A stretch of DNA of 64,000 bases from Octopus vulgaris. Taxonomy: Eukaryota. Location of the stretch: contig OX597814.1 in the NCBI GenBank assembly GCA_951406725.2, forward strand, positions 17,298,001-17,362,000, read 5' to 3'. Below are positions 12,937 to 26,045 of this stretch, piece by piece (position 1 is the first letter of the stretch; every line of letters starts with the position of its first letter). The position numbers and the translations under genes were made by a program. Below the pieces are notes generated by a model that was not told the DNA's origin, ran no database searches, and saw only the letters and a program-made list of their open reading frames with translations.

Positions 12937-13468
12937 AATTATGGAGTGAATTTTAGGGCTTATAAATCTAATATTTTCCTATCCTTCCTTAATACTGGTC
13001 CCCATATGCTATTCATATCTGCACTCGGTCTGCTTAGGAGGATGTGTCCTTGCATATGTGCTGCTTCTTTTAGTTTTCGTATTTTCCAGTGGTGTTCTCA
13101 GTCTATTATTTTACCTTCATCCCACAGGGGGAGGTGGTCTCCATTTTCCCATACATGATCAGCTATACCCGATTTATCAATATCTCCTCTTGTCACAGCT
13201 CTGCGATGTTCCTCTATCCTTATTTTGAAGGGGCGGCATGTTTCACCTTTGTATAAACCTACCACAGCTGCATGTGATGGAGTTCACGCAGTTTTTTGGT
13301 CATATTCTCTTCTATTGGTGGTTTTACTCGGACATATTCATACAACACTTCGCAAATATCTGTTATCAACAAGCAGGATGAGGACAAATATCCATCAAAT
13401 ATAAATAATGTATATATATATATATGTATGTATGTATGTATGTATATATATATATATATGTATGTATG

Positions 13469-13499
<31 letters not shown>

Positions 13500-13616
13500 A
13501 TATATATATATACATATATATATATGCATACATACATATATATATATAAATACATTATTTACATTTGATGGATATATATGTATGTATGAATATATATAAA
13601 TATATATGTATGTATG

Positions 13617-13661
<45 letters not shown>

Positions 13662-14352
13662 GCATATGCATAAAAAAATTGACAAAATAAAAACGATTTA
13701 AAGTAAAAACAATATATAAATGTAAAAAATTTATGCAAAAATAAAGAAATATGAAATAGATAAACAAATAAGTAAATAGAACAACGTTGTGTGCCTAAGA
13801 CGGAAATGAGTCCCGGAATGGGTTCTCGTTGAAAAAAAAAAAAAAAGAAAAAGAGGAAAACACCGGTGTCAGTTGTGACGCTTCGACAGCTACTCATTAT
13901 TGCTACCAACTTCCATTTCGCCTATTCCTCCCCATGATCATCATCATAAGGATCATTATCAGCAGCTGATGCAGCAAGCAGGTGCAGCAGAAAAGCTGTG
14001 GTAGCGGTAGTCACATGTACAGCAGCAAAGATCAGTTGCTCTCTCTCTCTCTAGCTAAAGCAGTTGTCAACTGATGCGGTAATTGTTAGCTTCTGGTCAT
14101 TCTGTCATGGCCTGGGAATGAACAACGAGCTGAAGAGGGTTCGTGTATGTTCTACAGTGATTTTTTAATGCTATATTTCTCTTTCCGTTTTTTTTTCTAT
14201 CCTTTTTCTTTTGTTGTTTTTGTGTGATTTTTGCATGCTGACCACAATGAATGTTCACGGTAAAACAAGCACATGAAAAAAAAAAACTCTTACAGACAAC
14301 TGTGTAAATAAATAAATAAATGTATGAGCGGTTGTGAGTATGTGGGTGTATG

Positions 14353-14407
<55 letters not shown>

Positions 14408-14547
14408 ATGTTTATTTATACATAAATGTATATATCTGTATTTATACCCATACGCGCACACTCAAACATACACGCAAATAAATATACATATATAAATATA
14501 TATATATGTGTGTGTGTATATATATATATACATATATAATATAATTC

Positions 14548-14960
<413 letters not shown>

Positions 14961-14979
14961 ATATATATATATGTATAGC

Positions 14980-15180
14980 CTTTATCTTTTACTTCAGTCA
15001 TTAGACTGCGGCCATGCTGGGGCACCACCTTGTATGTTTAGTCGTTGAATGAATTTAATTTTTAAACCTAGGACTTATTCTATCTTCTCTTTTGCTGAAC
15101 CGCTTATTATCAGAAGCACAAACACACCAACACCGGTTGTCAAGCAGTGATGTTGGACAAACACAAAGACACGCACATAT
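14980..15180 (-). mobile_element. SINE family A 3' half
   Basis: cagtcattagactgcggccatgctggggcacc...caccaacaccggttgtcaagc. Confidence 0.8.
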
Positions 15181-15191
15181 AATATACATAC

Positions 15192-16565
15192 ATATACCCA
15201 AGCCTATTCTCCTTTTTTTCTTAGGAGGGTTTAGCCACAGTAAGACAGACACCAGGCATTCCATTCATTTCCCAGCTCAAAGGGGCTAGCCCCGTTTTAT
15301 GTTCGAGTCTAGGCATAGGACACAACCCCTAATTTCAGCAGCGGAGCCCGCCAGAATATACTGGTTTTCCCCCCGCCGCATCATGCTGATTCCGTACCCC
15401 TTTGTGCAACATCAAAATTCACTCATCCGTCCACAAACACTCTCCATGGTTTACTATCATTTATAAACTCCCTTGCCTCTCACACTCCAACACCTATAAC
15501 TACCAAAGCTTTCCTCTCTCCATCCATCCACATAAACCGAAGTCTGCCTCTGGTTCTGCGGCCGACCACTTCAGCTTTCATCCCCCTCCTTATTATCCAT
15601 TCCTTATACATGTTCTCCATGTGGCCAAACCATCTCAACATTCTTGTATCCAATTTGGTACTTAGTTTCTCTTTCATTCCTACTCGTCTTCGCACCTCCT
15701 CATTCTTCATCCTATCCATCCATGTCACACCAACCATAGCCCTCAAATATCTCATCCCAAACACACCTAGTCACCTTCTTTCCATGTGGCCAAACCATCT
15801 CAACATTCTTGTATCCAATTTGGTACTTAGTTTCTCTTTCATTCCTACTCGTCTTCGCACCTCCTCATTCTTCATCCTGTCCATTCGTGTCACACCAACC
15901 ATAGCCCTCAAATATCTCATCCCAAACATATCTAGTCACCTTCTTTCCATGTGGCCATACCATCTCAACATTCTTGTATCCAATTTGGTACTTAGTTTCT
16001 CTTTCATTCCTACTCGTCTTCGCACCTCCTCATTCTTCATCCTGTCCATCCGTGTCACACCAACCATAGCCCTCAAATATCTCATCCCAAACACATCTAG
16101 TCACCTTCTTTCCATGTGGCCAAACCATCTCAACATTCTTGTATCCAATTTGGTACTTAGTTTCTCTTTCATTCCTACTCGTCTTCGCACCTTCTCATTC
16201 TTCATCCTGTCCATCCGTGTCACACCAACCATAGCCCTCAAATATCTCATCCCAAACACATCTAGTCACCTACTTTCCACCTCTCTCAGTCCCCCACATC
16301 TCTGCACCATATAACATTGTCGGCACAATGCCGCCCTCATACACACCTCTTTTCGCTTTCATACTCAACCTTTTATCTCTCAGCATACCTTTCACAACCC
16401 CAAGTATCTTACTACTCTTCTTCACTCTGTATCCCAACTCCTCAGCCAACTCCCCATCCGCTGTCACATGTGATCTTAGATACTTAAAAACACTCACCTC
16501 CACTAACATCTCACCATTTATACTCACATCTATCATACCAGCCTTCCTATCGAACATCTCCTCTT

Positions 16566-16568
<3 letters not shown>
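15192..16568 (-). mobile_element. 5'-truncated RTE-clade LINE 3' end with internal 4x165-bp tandem duplication
   Basis: FKYLRS..PTMLYGAEMWG..GVTRMDRMKNEEVRRR..LRWFGHME..GRRTRGR are RTE ORF C-terminal motifs, followed by a 3' UTR. Confidence 0.9.
15616..16279. repeat. 165-bp tandem repeat, 4 near-identical units
   Basis: tccatgtggcca starts at 15616, 15781, 15946 and 16111. Confidence 0.97.
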
Positions 16569-16660
<92 letters not shown>

Positions 16661-17032
16661 ATAAAGCATATTTTTATGAGCTAGTATTTCAGACAGCATT
16701 TTTCAACACATCTGGTGTTTTCATGCAATCCTCAAGCTCCGCCCATATGGCACAACAATATAAAACAAAATGATAAGATGAGCCAAAGAACGATATGAAA
16801 GGGAGAAGGAAGTAGATGTAAAAGTTGAAAGGTTGAAAAACTGGAAAGCAAAATCGAAAATTGAAAAAAAAGAAGAATATGAGTTTTCACTACCTGCAAT
16901 TTTAGTTGAACAGGTGATTTGGTTGAACAAATCATTTCCAGGACTTACACTTTGTTAGTCTAGTACCTATTCTATCGGTCCCTTTTGTCGAACAGCTAGG
17001 ATATGGTGATATAAACATACCAACATCAGTTG

Positions 17033-17735
17033 TGTGGGATAGGGTTGTATCAATGTAGAGTGGGGGATAGGGTTGTATCAATAAAGATAGGAGGTGGGTA
17101 GGAGTGAAGAGAGGAAGTAGGTGTCAGATGAAGAAAGGAAGTGGGTGCCAGACGAAGAAAAGAGGGGATTCAGATGAGGAGAAGTGGGGAGTTGGGTCCA
17201 TGTGACACAAAGGAGCGAAGCGAGAAGATTAATTCTTGTTCACGGTGAAGGCGGGAGTCCGGATGGCCCGTGTGTGAATGTAGTCCAAATACAGACAGAT
17301 GTTGCAGTGAATGACCGGTAGAGCAGAAATGGCGCCGTACCGGTCATTGCCGAGGTTGATGTCTCGGAGGTGCTCAACGAACCGGTCAGCTAAGAGGCGT
17401 CCCGTTTGATCGATGTACAGGGAAGAGCAGAAAGAGCAGGAGCTGCAGTAAATGACTGGAAGTGCAAGTAAAGAAGCCGGTGATGTTATATGAAAGATGA
17501 TGGGTGCCTGTGAGGATGGTGGTGCTGGAGAGGCAGGGTATGATAGAGTGGGTTGGTGGGAGCAGGGAAACGAGCCAGACAAGGAAGTAGGGTTAGGTCA
17601 CGTAGGTTGTGGGCTCGTTTGAAGGAGGGAAGAAGTAGGTTGGGGAAAATGTACGAGGTGGAGGGATCGGACTGGAGTCGCCGGAAGGCTCAGAGAATGG
17701 TGCGTTGGAGGAGGAGAGTAGAGTGAGGGGAAACA
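17033..17735 (-). mobile_element. Penelope-like element fragment (second family), GIY-YIG endonuclease remnant
   Basis: VIYCSSCSFCSSLYIDQTGRLLADRFVEHLRDI matches the PLE GIY-YIG pattern IY.I.C..C..YIG.T.R.L..RF.EH. C/T-rich 3' flank. Confidence 0.85.
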
Positions 17736-18639
17736 AGAGAGAGAGAGAGAGGGAGGGAGACAGACTACATTAGAGGCAGACAGGCAGAGACAGCGGCAGA
17801 AGTTAGTAAATATGGAAGAGAATCAGAATGGGAAAGATAATCAATCCTCCATTTAACTTACATGACTTGTATTTACAAGGCATTGCAGCTAGCACTTGAG
17901 GCAGAAGTCACAACACCCCGCAGTTTATTTTCAGCTGACCGTGTCACAAGGCATTGCAATTTACACAACTTACAAGCAAAATGCTTTTCCGCTTATACAT
18001 CTTAAAGTCGCAATTGAAGACTCCATTTCAGCTTAAAGAGTTTACAATGAAACGAGATTGCTGTTTTTCTTGATACACTTGCAAGTCCTTCTTTCCAACG
18101 CAACAATATATTTTCAACTTCGAATAGATCCCTCCTTTCATCTCTATCATTAGGCGTCGAACTCATAGTGTCTTTAGGGCTTTGGACAAAATGCATTCTG
18201 GTATATATGTATCGGATATGTATGGTGTATATATGTATCAATAAGATAAGTGTCCGATGATACATATGCTATCACAGGCTTTGCATTGTTTCTATAGCCA
18301 ATTTCTCTACAATGTTTCTCTCCCAGCTCTAAGTTTATAGATAAGGGCAGCGTAGATTATTAATGTAAGCAACAGTCTCACACTAAATTTTACCAATGTT
18401 TGTTTTAAACTGACGCACACAGATGAAAATTGCCGAGACCGTTGCTCTGTTAAATAAATGAGTTACCCGCTATAAATTCGAACCAACAAAAAGATTTCGT
18501 AGTCTCTCGACCTGCTAGACTTAGCAGCCAAATCACTAAAAATTCAAACCTTATTGCCTTAAAAGCGAATGTACTCATATAAAACTAGTTTTCTTCCTGT
18601 TGAGTTAGGGAGAGAAAAGCAAGCTGATGATCCTTTATC

Positions 18640-18900
18640 TTTTCTGGACCTAAACGATTGATATTAAGCAGAGAAAAGGTACCATCAGTCTGGGGTTTTG
18701 GCACGAATGCGTGCAACGTATTGAACCCGGTTAATAAAACCGAAGAACTGTGCGGTGATGTGAATCTAATTGTTGGAATGAGCCTAGCACCCAAAACTTC
18801 AAAATATAGAGAGCCGGACAAGGCATATCTGGTCCGATGTTGTAACAGTTCTGCAAATTCACTGCTGTGGCAAGGGAATTTATTTTTATTTCATTGGTCG
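18640..18900 (-). mobile_element. Decayed LINE C-terminus
   Basis: Broken translation CHSSEFAEL..IRFTSPHSSSV..AFVP resembles LINE ORF2 tails. Confidence 0.3.
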
Positions 18901-18909
18901 TGGATTATA

Positions 18910-19129
18910 GACTTAAATGTTCGTATTGGAGATTCTGTTGCGAATGCCAACAGTACAGCATGTTTACAAATTTCTGGCAGATTAAATTGCGTCATGGAGT
19001 TGTTTTTCTCACATACGGTGCCCAACTGACCCTACTATATGTGTGTGTAGTCGACAAAATCAAAAACAAACAATGCACATGCGCAAAATTAAAAATATAA
19101 AATAGCGACAATTTACCCAGTGCACCCTG
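18910..19129 (-). mobile_element. 5' end of a Tc1/mariner element (same family as 26395)
   Basis: Minus strand TA-cagggtgcactgggtaaa.. and its body align with 26395-26560. Confidence 0.75.
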
Positions 19130-19254
19130 TACATACGGATACACACACACGCATATATTTATATGTGCATGTGTACGTGTGTATGTGTATATATATATAT
19201 ATATATATGAGTGTGTGTTTGTGTGTGTGTGTGTATGTGTAGTTTAATTGATTA

Positions 19255-19812
19255 TATCAACATTCTATATAAAATTATTGATAATTTACAAGATAGGGGC
19301 AAAAATTTTATCCTATATTAGTTATAAATTGAATTAGTGTTCACTTCCGGATTCTCTCACTCTGTGAAAGTTTCTAGTTCGAATCACACGTGTCTCGAGA
19401 TGTGCCGAAGATTTTTCTATTTTGGATATATTTGGGGTACTTAGGTCTGCTCAGGACTTGATGTTTGCTTTTTCCATGGGTATGAGTGAGTATTTCACTT
19501 ATATCTTGCGTATTTGCCGCTGAAGAGGGGAAAATTTCTTATTAATTAACCCCGAAATTGGACCAATACGGTAATAACGAATCTTTTAGAAATTTCTATC
19601 GGTTTGTTTCGAGACGCATAAATTTTAATGATTATTGAAAAGTTTTGTCTTTTTTTCGGCATATTTGGCATTAGAATTTTTCTTTTGCCCTTATCTTGTA
19701 AATTATTTATAAATTTAACCTTTAAAGGTATTTTTCGATATGCTGGCCATTGATAAAAAATTTTTCCCGAAAAAAGTTTTATCCTATATTGGTTATAAAA
19801 TTATTGATATTT
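19255..19812 (+). mobile_element. PLE-type repeat with inverted and direct terminal pieces around an HHR
   Basis: Inverted repeat 19281-19304 / 19683-19706. Direct repeat ttttatcctatatt.gttataaa at 19306 and 19777. Confidence 0.65.
19514..19574 (+). ncRNA. Type I hammerhead ribozyme, intact core
   Basis: uugccg-CUGAAGA-gggg(19 nt loop)cccc-GAAA-uuggaccaa-UA-cgguaa. All three stems pair; cleavage triplet AUA. Confidence 0.9.
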
Positions 19813-20099
19813 AGTCCAATATTACCGCCATTTCTATTGTATTATCAAACGGACCATAGGGGTAGCAAGCTCTAATAAGATTCATTAACGTCGGGAAAAA
19901 ATTCCAATATTTGTTCCGGCTCTTAACGTTCTAAGTTCTAATAATCTCGCAGAAGTCAACATTGCAGTTCATTCTTTTAGGGTAAAGAAAATTTGCTACC
20001 TAGTTTTAATTTACGACAAACAGTGAGAAATATTTACCATTCGTCTCTATGAAGGATTCTTGCTGTACACCGACAGAAGGATTTAAAAATATATATCCA

Positions 20100-20483
20100 C
20101 TAGCAGTATCGCCCGGCGTTGCTCGGGTTTGTAAGGGAAATAACTATATAAGCATTTTTAGAGAGTTATAGCCAAAAAATGCATTAAAAATGGGAAAAAA
20201 ATTATGGTAGGTTTTTTTTTTTAAATCGTACATCATCGTAGACATTTTTAGAGAGTTACTTCCCTTATATAATAGCGAAAAAAATGCATTAAAATGGAAA
20301 AAAATGATGGTAATTTTTTTTTTAATCGTAGACTCATCGTAGACGCGCGCTAATACCCAGAAGGGCTCGATATGAATCACGACTATAAGATACCCGGTTT
20401 TGGTTAAACCGCACCGCAAAATGTGGGAGTAGTTAGGAATCTAAATCGTAGGTGACAGACACACAACCTTTCTTTTATATATA
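20100..20483 (-). mobile_element. Non-autonomous Helitron
   Basis: Reverse complement of the 43697 element, with the CTAG end and subterminal hairpin. 5' TC end eroded. Confidence 0.88.
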
Positions 20484-20823
20484 TCCATATCCGGAGCGAG
20501 ATTAATCTTATCTGGTTAATTCTACACAAACCGGACTCTTAGAACACCGGTTTGAAGGACCGGTGTGTTATATGAAAATAAATATATAATATAAAATAAA
20601 TATACAATAAAATTAAAGTTACTTTCATACGAACAGAGACACAGAATCATGGACACACAGACAAGCATATAGTAATTTCCTTGGTGCGCAGTCGGGTAGT
20701 AGTAAATGAACAAAATATCTCCAGGAAGATATTTAATACTTGACTATTCAACACATCACTCGTGTTTCGTTTTCGTCCCCACTCACTTTATTTTATTTCA
20801 TTTTTATTTTAATTTTATTTTTA

Positions 20824-20896
<73 letters not shown>

Positions 20897-21170
20897 GATT
20901 GAAGAATGACGTGCTGACAGGTCTGACACCTTTGCAAACGAGTAGAAGGGGGCGGACAAGAGTAATGTGAGTTACTTGGCCATGCAAATTCGCGCAGAGC
21001 TAGCTGGAAGGCCACCACAGGGAGGACTTGTGCGCGACTTGGTGTTCTTTTGATGAACACCGTCAGGGGTGGTCGGAGCGAACAACAGCAACAACAAAAC
21101 ATCCAGTATAGTTACTGGCAAAAAGAGATACAGACGTATCGTATCGCGAATACATACATACATACATACA

Positions 21171-21257
<87 letters not shown>

Positions 21258-22181
21258 GTATATATATATATATATATACACACACGCACATACACACATA
21301 CAAATACGCGCACACACATGCAAACACACACACACAAACTGATGGTCAGTTTTTTTTCTCTATCACATGATGGATTTCACACAAATGCGCACGTTAACAT
21401 ACGCTCGTTCTCTTTCTTACATATACTAACGGTCAAATACACTCTCATGGAGTCAGGTAAACAGACGGTCACACGCAAGGACATAGACACAAACCGCCTC
21501 AATCTTTCATGTACTAATGTACAAGCAAAGGCATACACAAAATAGCACATACACAAATGTGCACAAATATACACAAATATACACAGGCATGAACAAACCC
21601 ATCTACACACACACTATCATATGTATACGACTATCATATGTATACGCAGCTATCTAGAAACTCATACACAATTATATTCACATTCAATAATGAGGACATA
21701 CGCGAAATATAAAAACACATACACACATACAATATAACTTATATAAAGACACTTGCATGCACGTAAGGTCAGACACACATAGGACTATCTACGATTTTAC
21801 AGAGAATTATATAGATATGAGCAAAGGTATACAGACATAAACACAGGCATAAATACACGCATTCGCTTTCATATAAGCGAACTCATCTACATATATAAGA
21901 GTATAGCTTTGCGTATCCAAGACATGGGTTGTGAATATATGTATAATTGTGTTATCTTCCTTGCTCAAGACTATACTTTCTTGTATGCAGATACGTTTGC
22001 TTATGTGAATGCGTGTTGATATGTGTGTATGTGTGTATGTCTATGTGTACACACACACACAGACACACATAACAACATGCACACAAATCGGCATTTGTAT
22101 ATTTTATATATGTGCATAAACACACATGTATATCTGTGTGCATGTAATATCTTTACACATATGCAATCGATATATACAGTA

Positions 22182-22601
22182 TACTCTTTTACTCTTTTAC
22201 TTTTTTCAGTCGTTTGACTGTGGCCATGCTGGAGCACCGCCTTTAGTCGAGCAAATCGACCCCAGAACTTATTCTTTGTAAGCCTAGAACTTATTCTATC
22301 GGTCTCTTTTGCCGAACAGCTATGTTACGGGGATGTAAACACACCAACATCGGTTATCAAGTGCTGTTGGGGGGGGGGAGCAAACACAGACACATAAACA
22401 TACACACACATACATATATACATATATATACATATATACGACGGGCTTCTTTCAGTTTCTGCCTACCAAATCCACTTACAAGGCTTTGGTCAGCCCGAGT
22501 CTATGGTAGAAGACATTTGCCCAAGTTGCCACGCAGTGGGAATGAACCCGGAACCATGTAGTTCGTAAGCAAGCTACTTACCACATAGCCACTCCTACGC
22601 C
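22182..22601 (-). mobile_element. SINE family A, full length
   Basis: Collinear with the 6521-6921 copy. Confidence 0.92.
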
Positions 22602-22623
22602 TATAAAATGAAATCTCGCGAGT

Positions 22624-22680
<57 letters not shown>

Positions 22681-22700
22681 ATATACACGCGCACACACAC

Positions 22701-22770
<70 letters not shown>

Positions 22771-23372
22771 ATACATACATACATACATACATACATACAT
22801 ACATACATACATACATACATACATACATACATACATAAAAACATATACATTCATATATACATACACATACAGCTACACACATATATACAAAAACACGCAC
22901 AAAGATTAAAGCCACTGAAATTGAGAAATATGAGATTACAAGTAACGGAAAGAAGGCAAAGATGACGACTGTGTTGATGAAACTTTGTTAGGTGGTGATG
23001 GGTGGTGACGTGTGGTGGTGGGGGGCGAGGTGTCCTTTTCTCTAAAAACTCGTGTAAACCATTCCCTCTTCAAACTTCTTTTCTTTCGAAATTGGTTCGA
23101 ATTTTGCTTGTCCAGCTGTTGAGCCGTGTATACCACCAACTTGTAGAATGGACAAACAATATTGTTTTATTTTATTTCATCGCCTCTGTTCTTTTCTTTC
23201 TATCTTTCCTTTGAGGCACTCCATTCTACTTATTATTATTATTATTTTTTTGTTTTTCTGGTGGTTTCTATATATTTCTGTATTTATTTGTTTATTTTGT
23301 TTGTTCATATGTCTAGATAGAACGGTCTAGCAGGTGTATACATGCACACACACACACACACACACACACATA

Positions 23373-23465
<93 letters not shown>

Positions 23466-23744
23466 ATATACGCTCTCTCAATACAAACATAAGTACATGA
23501 GTATTTGTGTGTATATATGTGTATCTCTGTGTTTTAGTATCTAGAAATTAATATATAGAAACAAATTAATGCATATATATATATGTATATGTATATGTAT
23601 ATATATACATATACATATATATATAAATATATACGTGTATATATGTATATATACGTGTATGTGTATGTGTGTGTGTGAGTGTGGTAGTTGGGGCATTGGT
23701 AGACGCAATAATTAGTTCTCTCTTTTTTCCTCATAATGTTATCT

Positions 23745-23780
23745 GTTTCTTGACGAAGGAATACAATCCGAATCGTTTAT
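23745..23780 (+). ncRNA. Degenerate HHR relic
   Basis: TTGACGA-a-gga(atacaa)tcc-GAAT-cgtt. Two core mismatches; stem I not evident. Confidence 0.35.
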
Positions 23781-23993
23781 GTTTCTCCTTTCACCCACTT
23801 CTTTCGGCCTAAAATTAATTGTGTTGAAGTAGTATTTTATTTTTGCGGTCTTTGTTTTCCTTCTAGTAATCATGCTCATATCCTTATCACTCACATGAAT
23901 AATATCCGCCGAGTGGCAAAAAATTAATTATTTCTTGATTGCCTTTCGTAGATTCGGTCTTGAATTTCACTTTGAGATTTTTAATAACACTAT

Positions 23994-24259
23994 TATTCTT
24001 TTATTTGTTTCAGTCATTTGACAGCAGCCATGCTGGAGCACCGCCTCTTAGTCGAACAAATCGACTCCAGAACTTATTCTTTGTAAGCCTATGACTTATT
24101 CAATCATTGTATTTTGACGAACCGCGCCAAGTTACGTGGACGTAAACACACCAGCATCAGTTGTCAAGCGATGGTGGAAGGACAAACACAGACATACAAA
24201 CATACACACACATGCACACACACACACACACACACACACAAACATGCATACATACATAC

Positions 24260-24312
<53 letters not shown>

Positions 24313-24679
24313 CGAGTTTACGATAAACACAAAAGACGAAGGCAGGTGGTGTACAAAACAAACAGATGTATTAGTATAACGCTCAGGAATAGAAAAATGC
24401 TTTTACGTTTCGAGCCTACGCTCTTCTACAGAAAGGGACACAGAAAAAACAAGGAAAGAAACAAGGAGAGAAAAAATGTGCGTAGTGGCTAACAATCTAT
24501 CATCGCGACTGATATATATATATATACGACGGGCTTCTTTCAGTTCCCGGCCACCAAATCCACTCGCAAAGCTTTAGTCGGCCCAAGGCTATAGTAGAAG
24601 ACACTTGCCCGAGGTACCAAGCAGTAGAACGGAATCCGGAACCATGTGGTTTGTAAGCAAGCTACTTACCACACAGCCA
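23994..24679 (-). mobile_element. SINE family A, interrupted by an HHR element in its microsatellite
   Basis: Family A halves lie on both sides of 24311-24512. Confidence 0.9.
24311..24512 (-). mobile_element. ~200-bp PLE-derived repeat with variant-core HHR (24400-24435)
   Basis: Minus: cuuu-CUGUAGA-a-gagc(guag)gcuc-GAAA-cg-UA-aaag. (TA)n on both sides; homologous to 62355-62545 and 27442-27538. Confidence 0.85.
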
Positions 24680-24824
24680 TACCTTCATCTAACTTCAGGT
24701 GTATGTTAAGTACAGGATTATCTAAGGAATAGCAAACTGATCATTTTCATTGGTAGCTACCTGTGGAATATGTTTATAATATGCGTGCTTGAGTGTATAT
24801 GAATATGTCTATATGTCTATGAGT

Positions 24825-25285
24825 GTGTGTGTAAGAGACAGAGAGAAAGAGAGAGACAGAGAAAGATAGAGTTTGTGTGTATGTGCTTGTGTGTGTGTGT
24901 CTGTGTATGCATGAGTGTATGTGTGACAGAGAGGAAGAGAGAGACAGAGAAAAAGTGTGTGCATGTGTGCATGAATGTGTGTGTAACAGAGAAAGAGAGA
25001 GGCAGAGAAAGAGTGTGTGTGTGTGTGTGTGTGTTGCTTGTGTGTGTGTTTATGTGTATACATGAGTGTGTGTATGACAGAGAGAAAGAGAGAAGCGGAG
25101 AAAGAGTGTGTGTGCGTGTGCACGTGCGCGCGTGTGTGTATGTGTGTTGCTTGTGTGTGTGTGACAGAGAAAAAGAGAGAGGCAGAGAAAGAGTGTGTGT
25201 GTGTGTGCTTGTGTATGTGTGGGTGAGTGTGTGTGAGTGTGTGTTTGTGTGTGTGTGAGTGTGTGTTTGTGTGTGTGTGTGTGTT
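24825..25285. repeat. Compound (GT)n/(GA)n minisatellite, about 5 units
   Basis: Recurrent gtgacagagagaaagagagaggcagagaaagagtgtgtg. Confidence 0.8.
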
Positions 25286-25484
25286 TCTCCCCTAGTAGTA
25301 TATATATAAATACTTCAAAAAACCCTTACGGGAACTTTATATATAACTAGCATTTGGTTCAGGTCCAAAATGCACGAAGTGGCCAAAACCTTAAAGGTTA
25401 TATCATCTACACAAGAGGAATGAAATCGATTTCAGCAGAATGTCGGGATATCAGAATATATGAGAAAGGTACTATAGACAGAAT

Positions 25485-25555
25485 GCCTGTGGCTTCTGGT
25501 TACTGTATTCGGCTCACGATCCTAAGGTCATGAGTTCGACTCCCGGTAGCGCATT
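25485..25555 (+). mobile_element. SINE family C2 head fragment
   Basis: gtggctt..ggtta..ttcggctcacgat..taaggtcatgagttcgactcc aligns with 43175. Confidence 0.65.
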
Positions 25556-26045
25556 TATTTTGTTTTACCGTGCTTTATATCTTGAATTACATATATCAGG
25601 AAACCAACATTTGTAAGTTCTTACAGAGTTTACGGGTCTTAATCTGGCCCTGGTTATGAACATACATTCGTCATTCGCCATAAAGGAGAATTTGTACTCT
25701 GACGAATACAGTAACGATTAACATATTTGCGTTCACATCTGCTTTATCATATCGAGAGTAAGTATGCAGTAAATAATTTTAATTTTCGACATTCAGCAGG
25801 CATATGATGATTTATTTTCGGCTGGCAGATATCAGCAGGCATCAGTTATATATGCATGCATGCATGCATGTATGTATGTATGTATGTATGTATGTATGTA
25901 TGTATGTATGTATGTATGTATGTATGTATGTATGTATGCATGTATGTATGTATGTATGTATGCATGCATGCATGCATGCATGCATGCATCTATGTATGTA
26001 TGTATGTATGTATGTATGTATGTATGTATGTATGTATGTATAAAT

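Larger units (their letters stand above)
12618..13412 (-). mobile_element. Penelope-like element 3' end: GIY-YIG remnant, 3' region with HHR, inverted terminal copy
   Basis: Minus strand encodes CSCG..YKGETCRPFKIRIEEHRRAV..SGIADHVWE..RKLKEAAH. 13361-13412 is an inverted copy of 12635-12686. Confidence 0.9.

Noticed and set aside
15610-16314. 234-aa repetitive ORF on +
   Set aside because: Antisense to the RTE ORF; its length comes from the 165-bp tandem repeat.
17860-18330. Cys-rich minus-strand fragments as a host or transposon gene
   Set aside because: No consistent frame or motif I can name.
25790-25850. Minus-strand ctgatg..cagccgaaa hammerhead-like string
   Set aside because: Core lacks the GA and there is no UH/stem I pairing; too degenerate to call.
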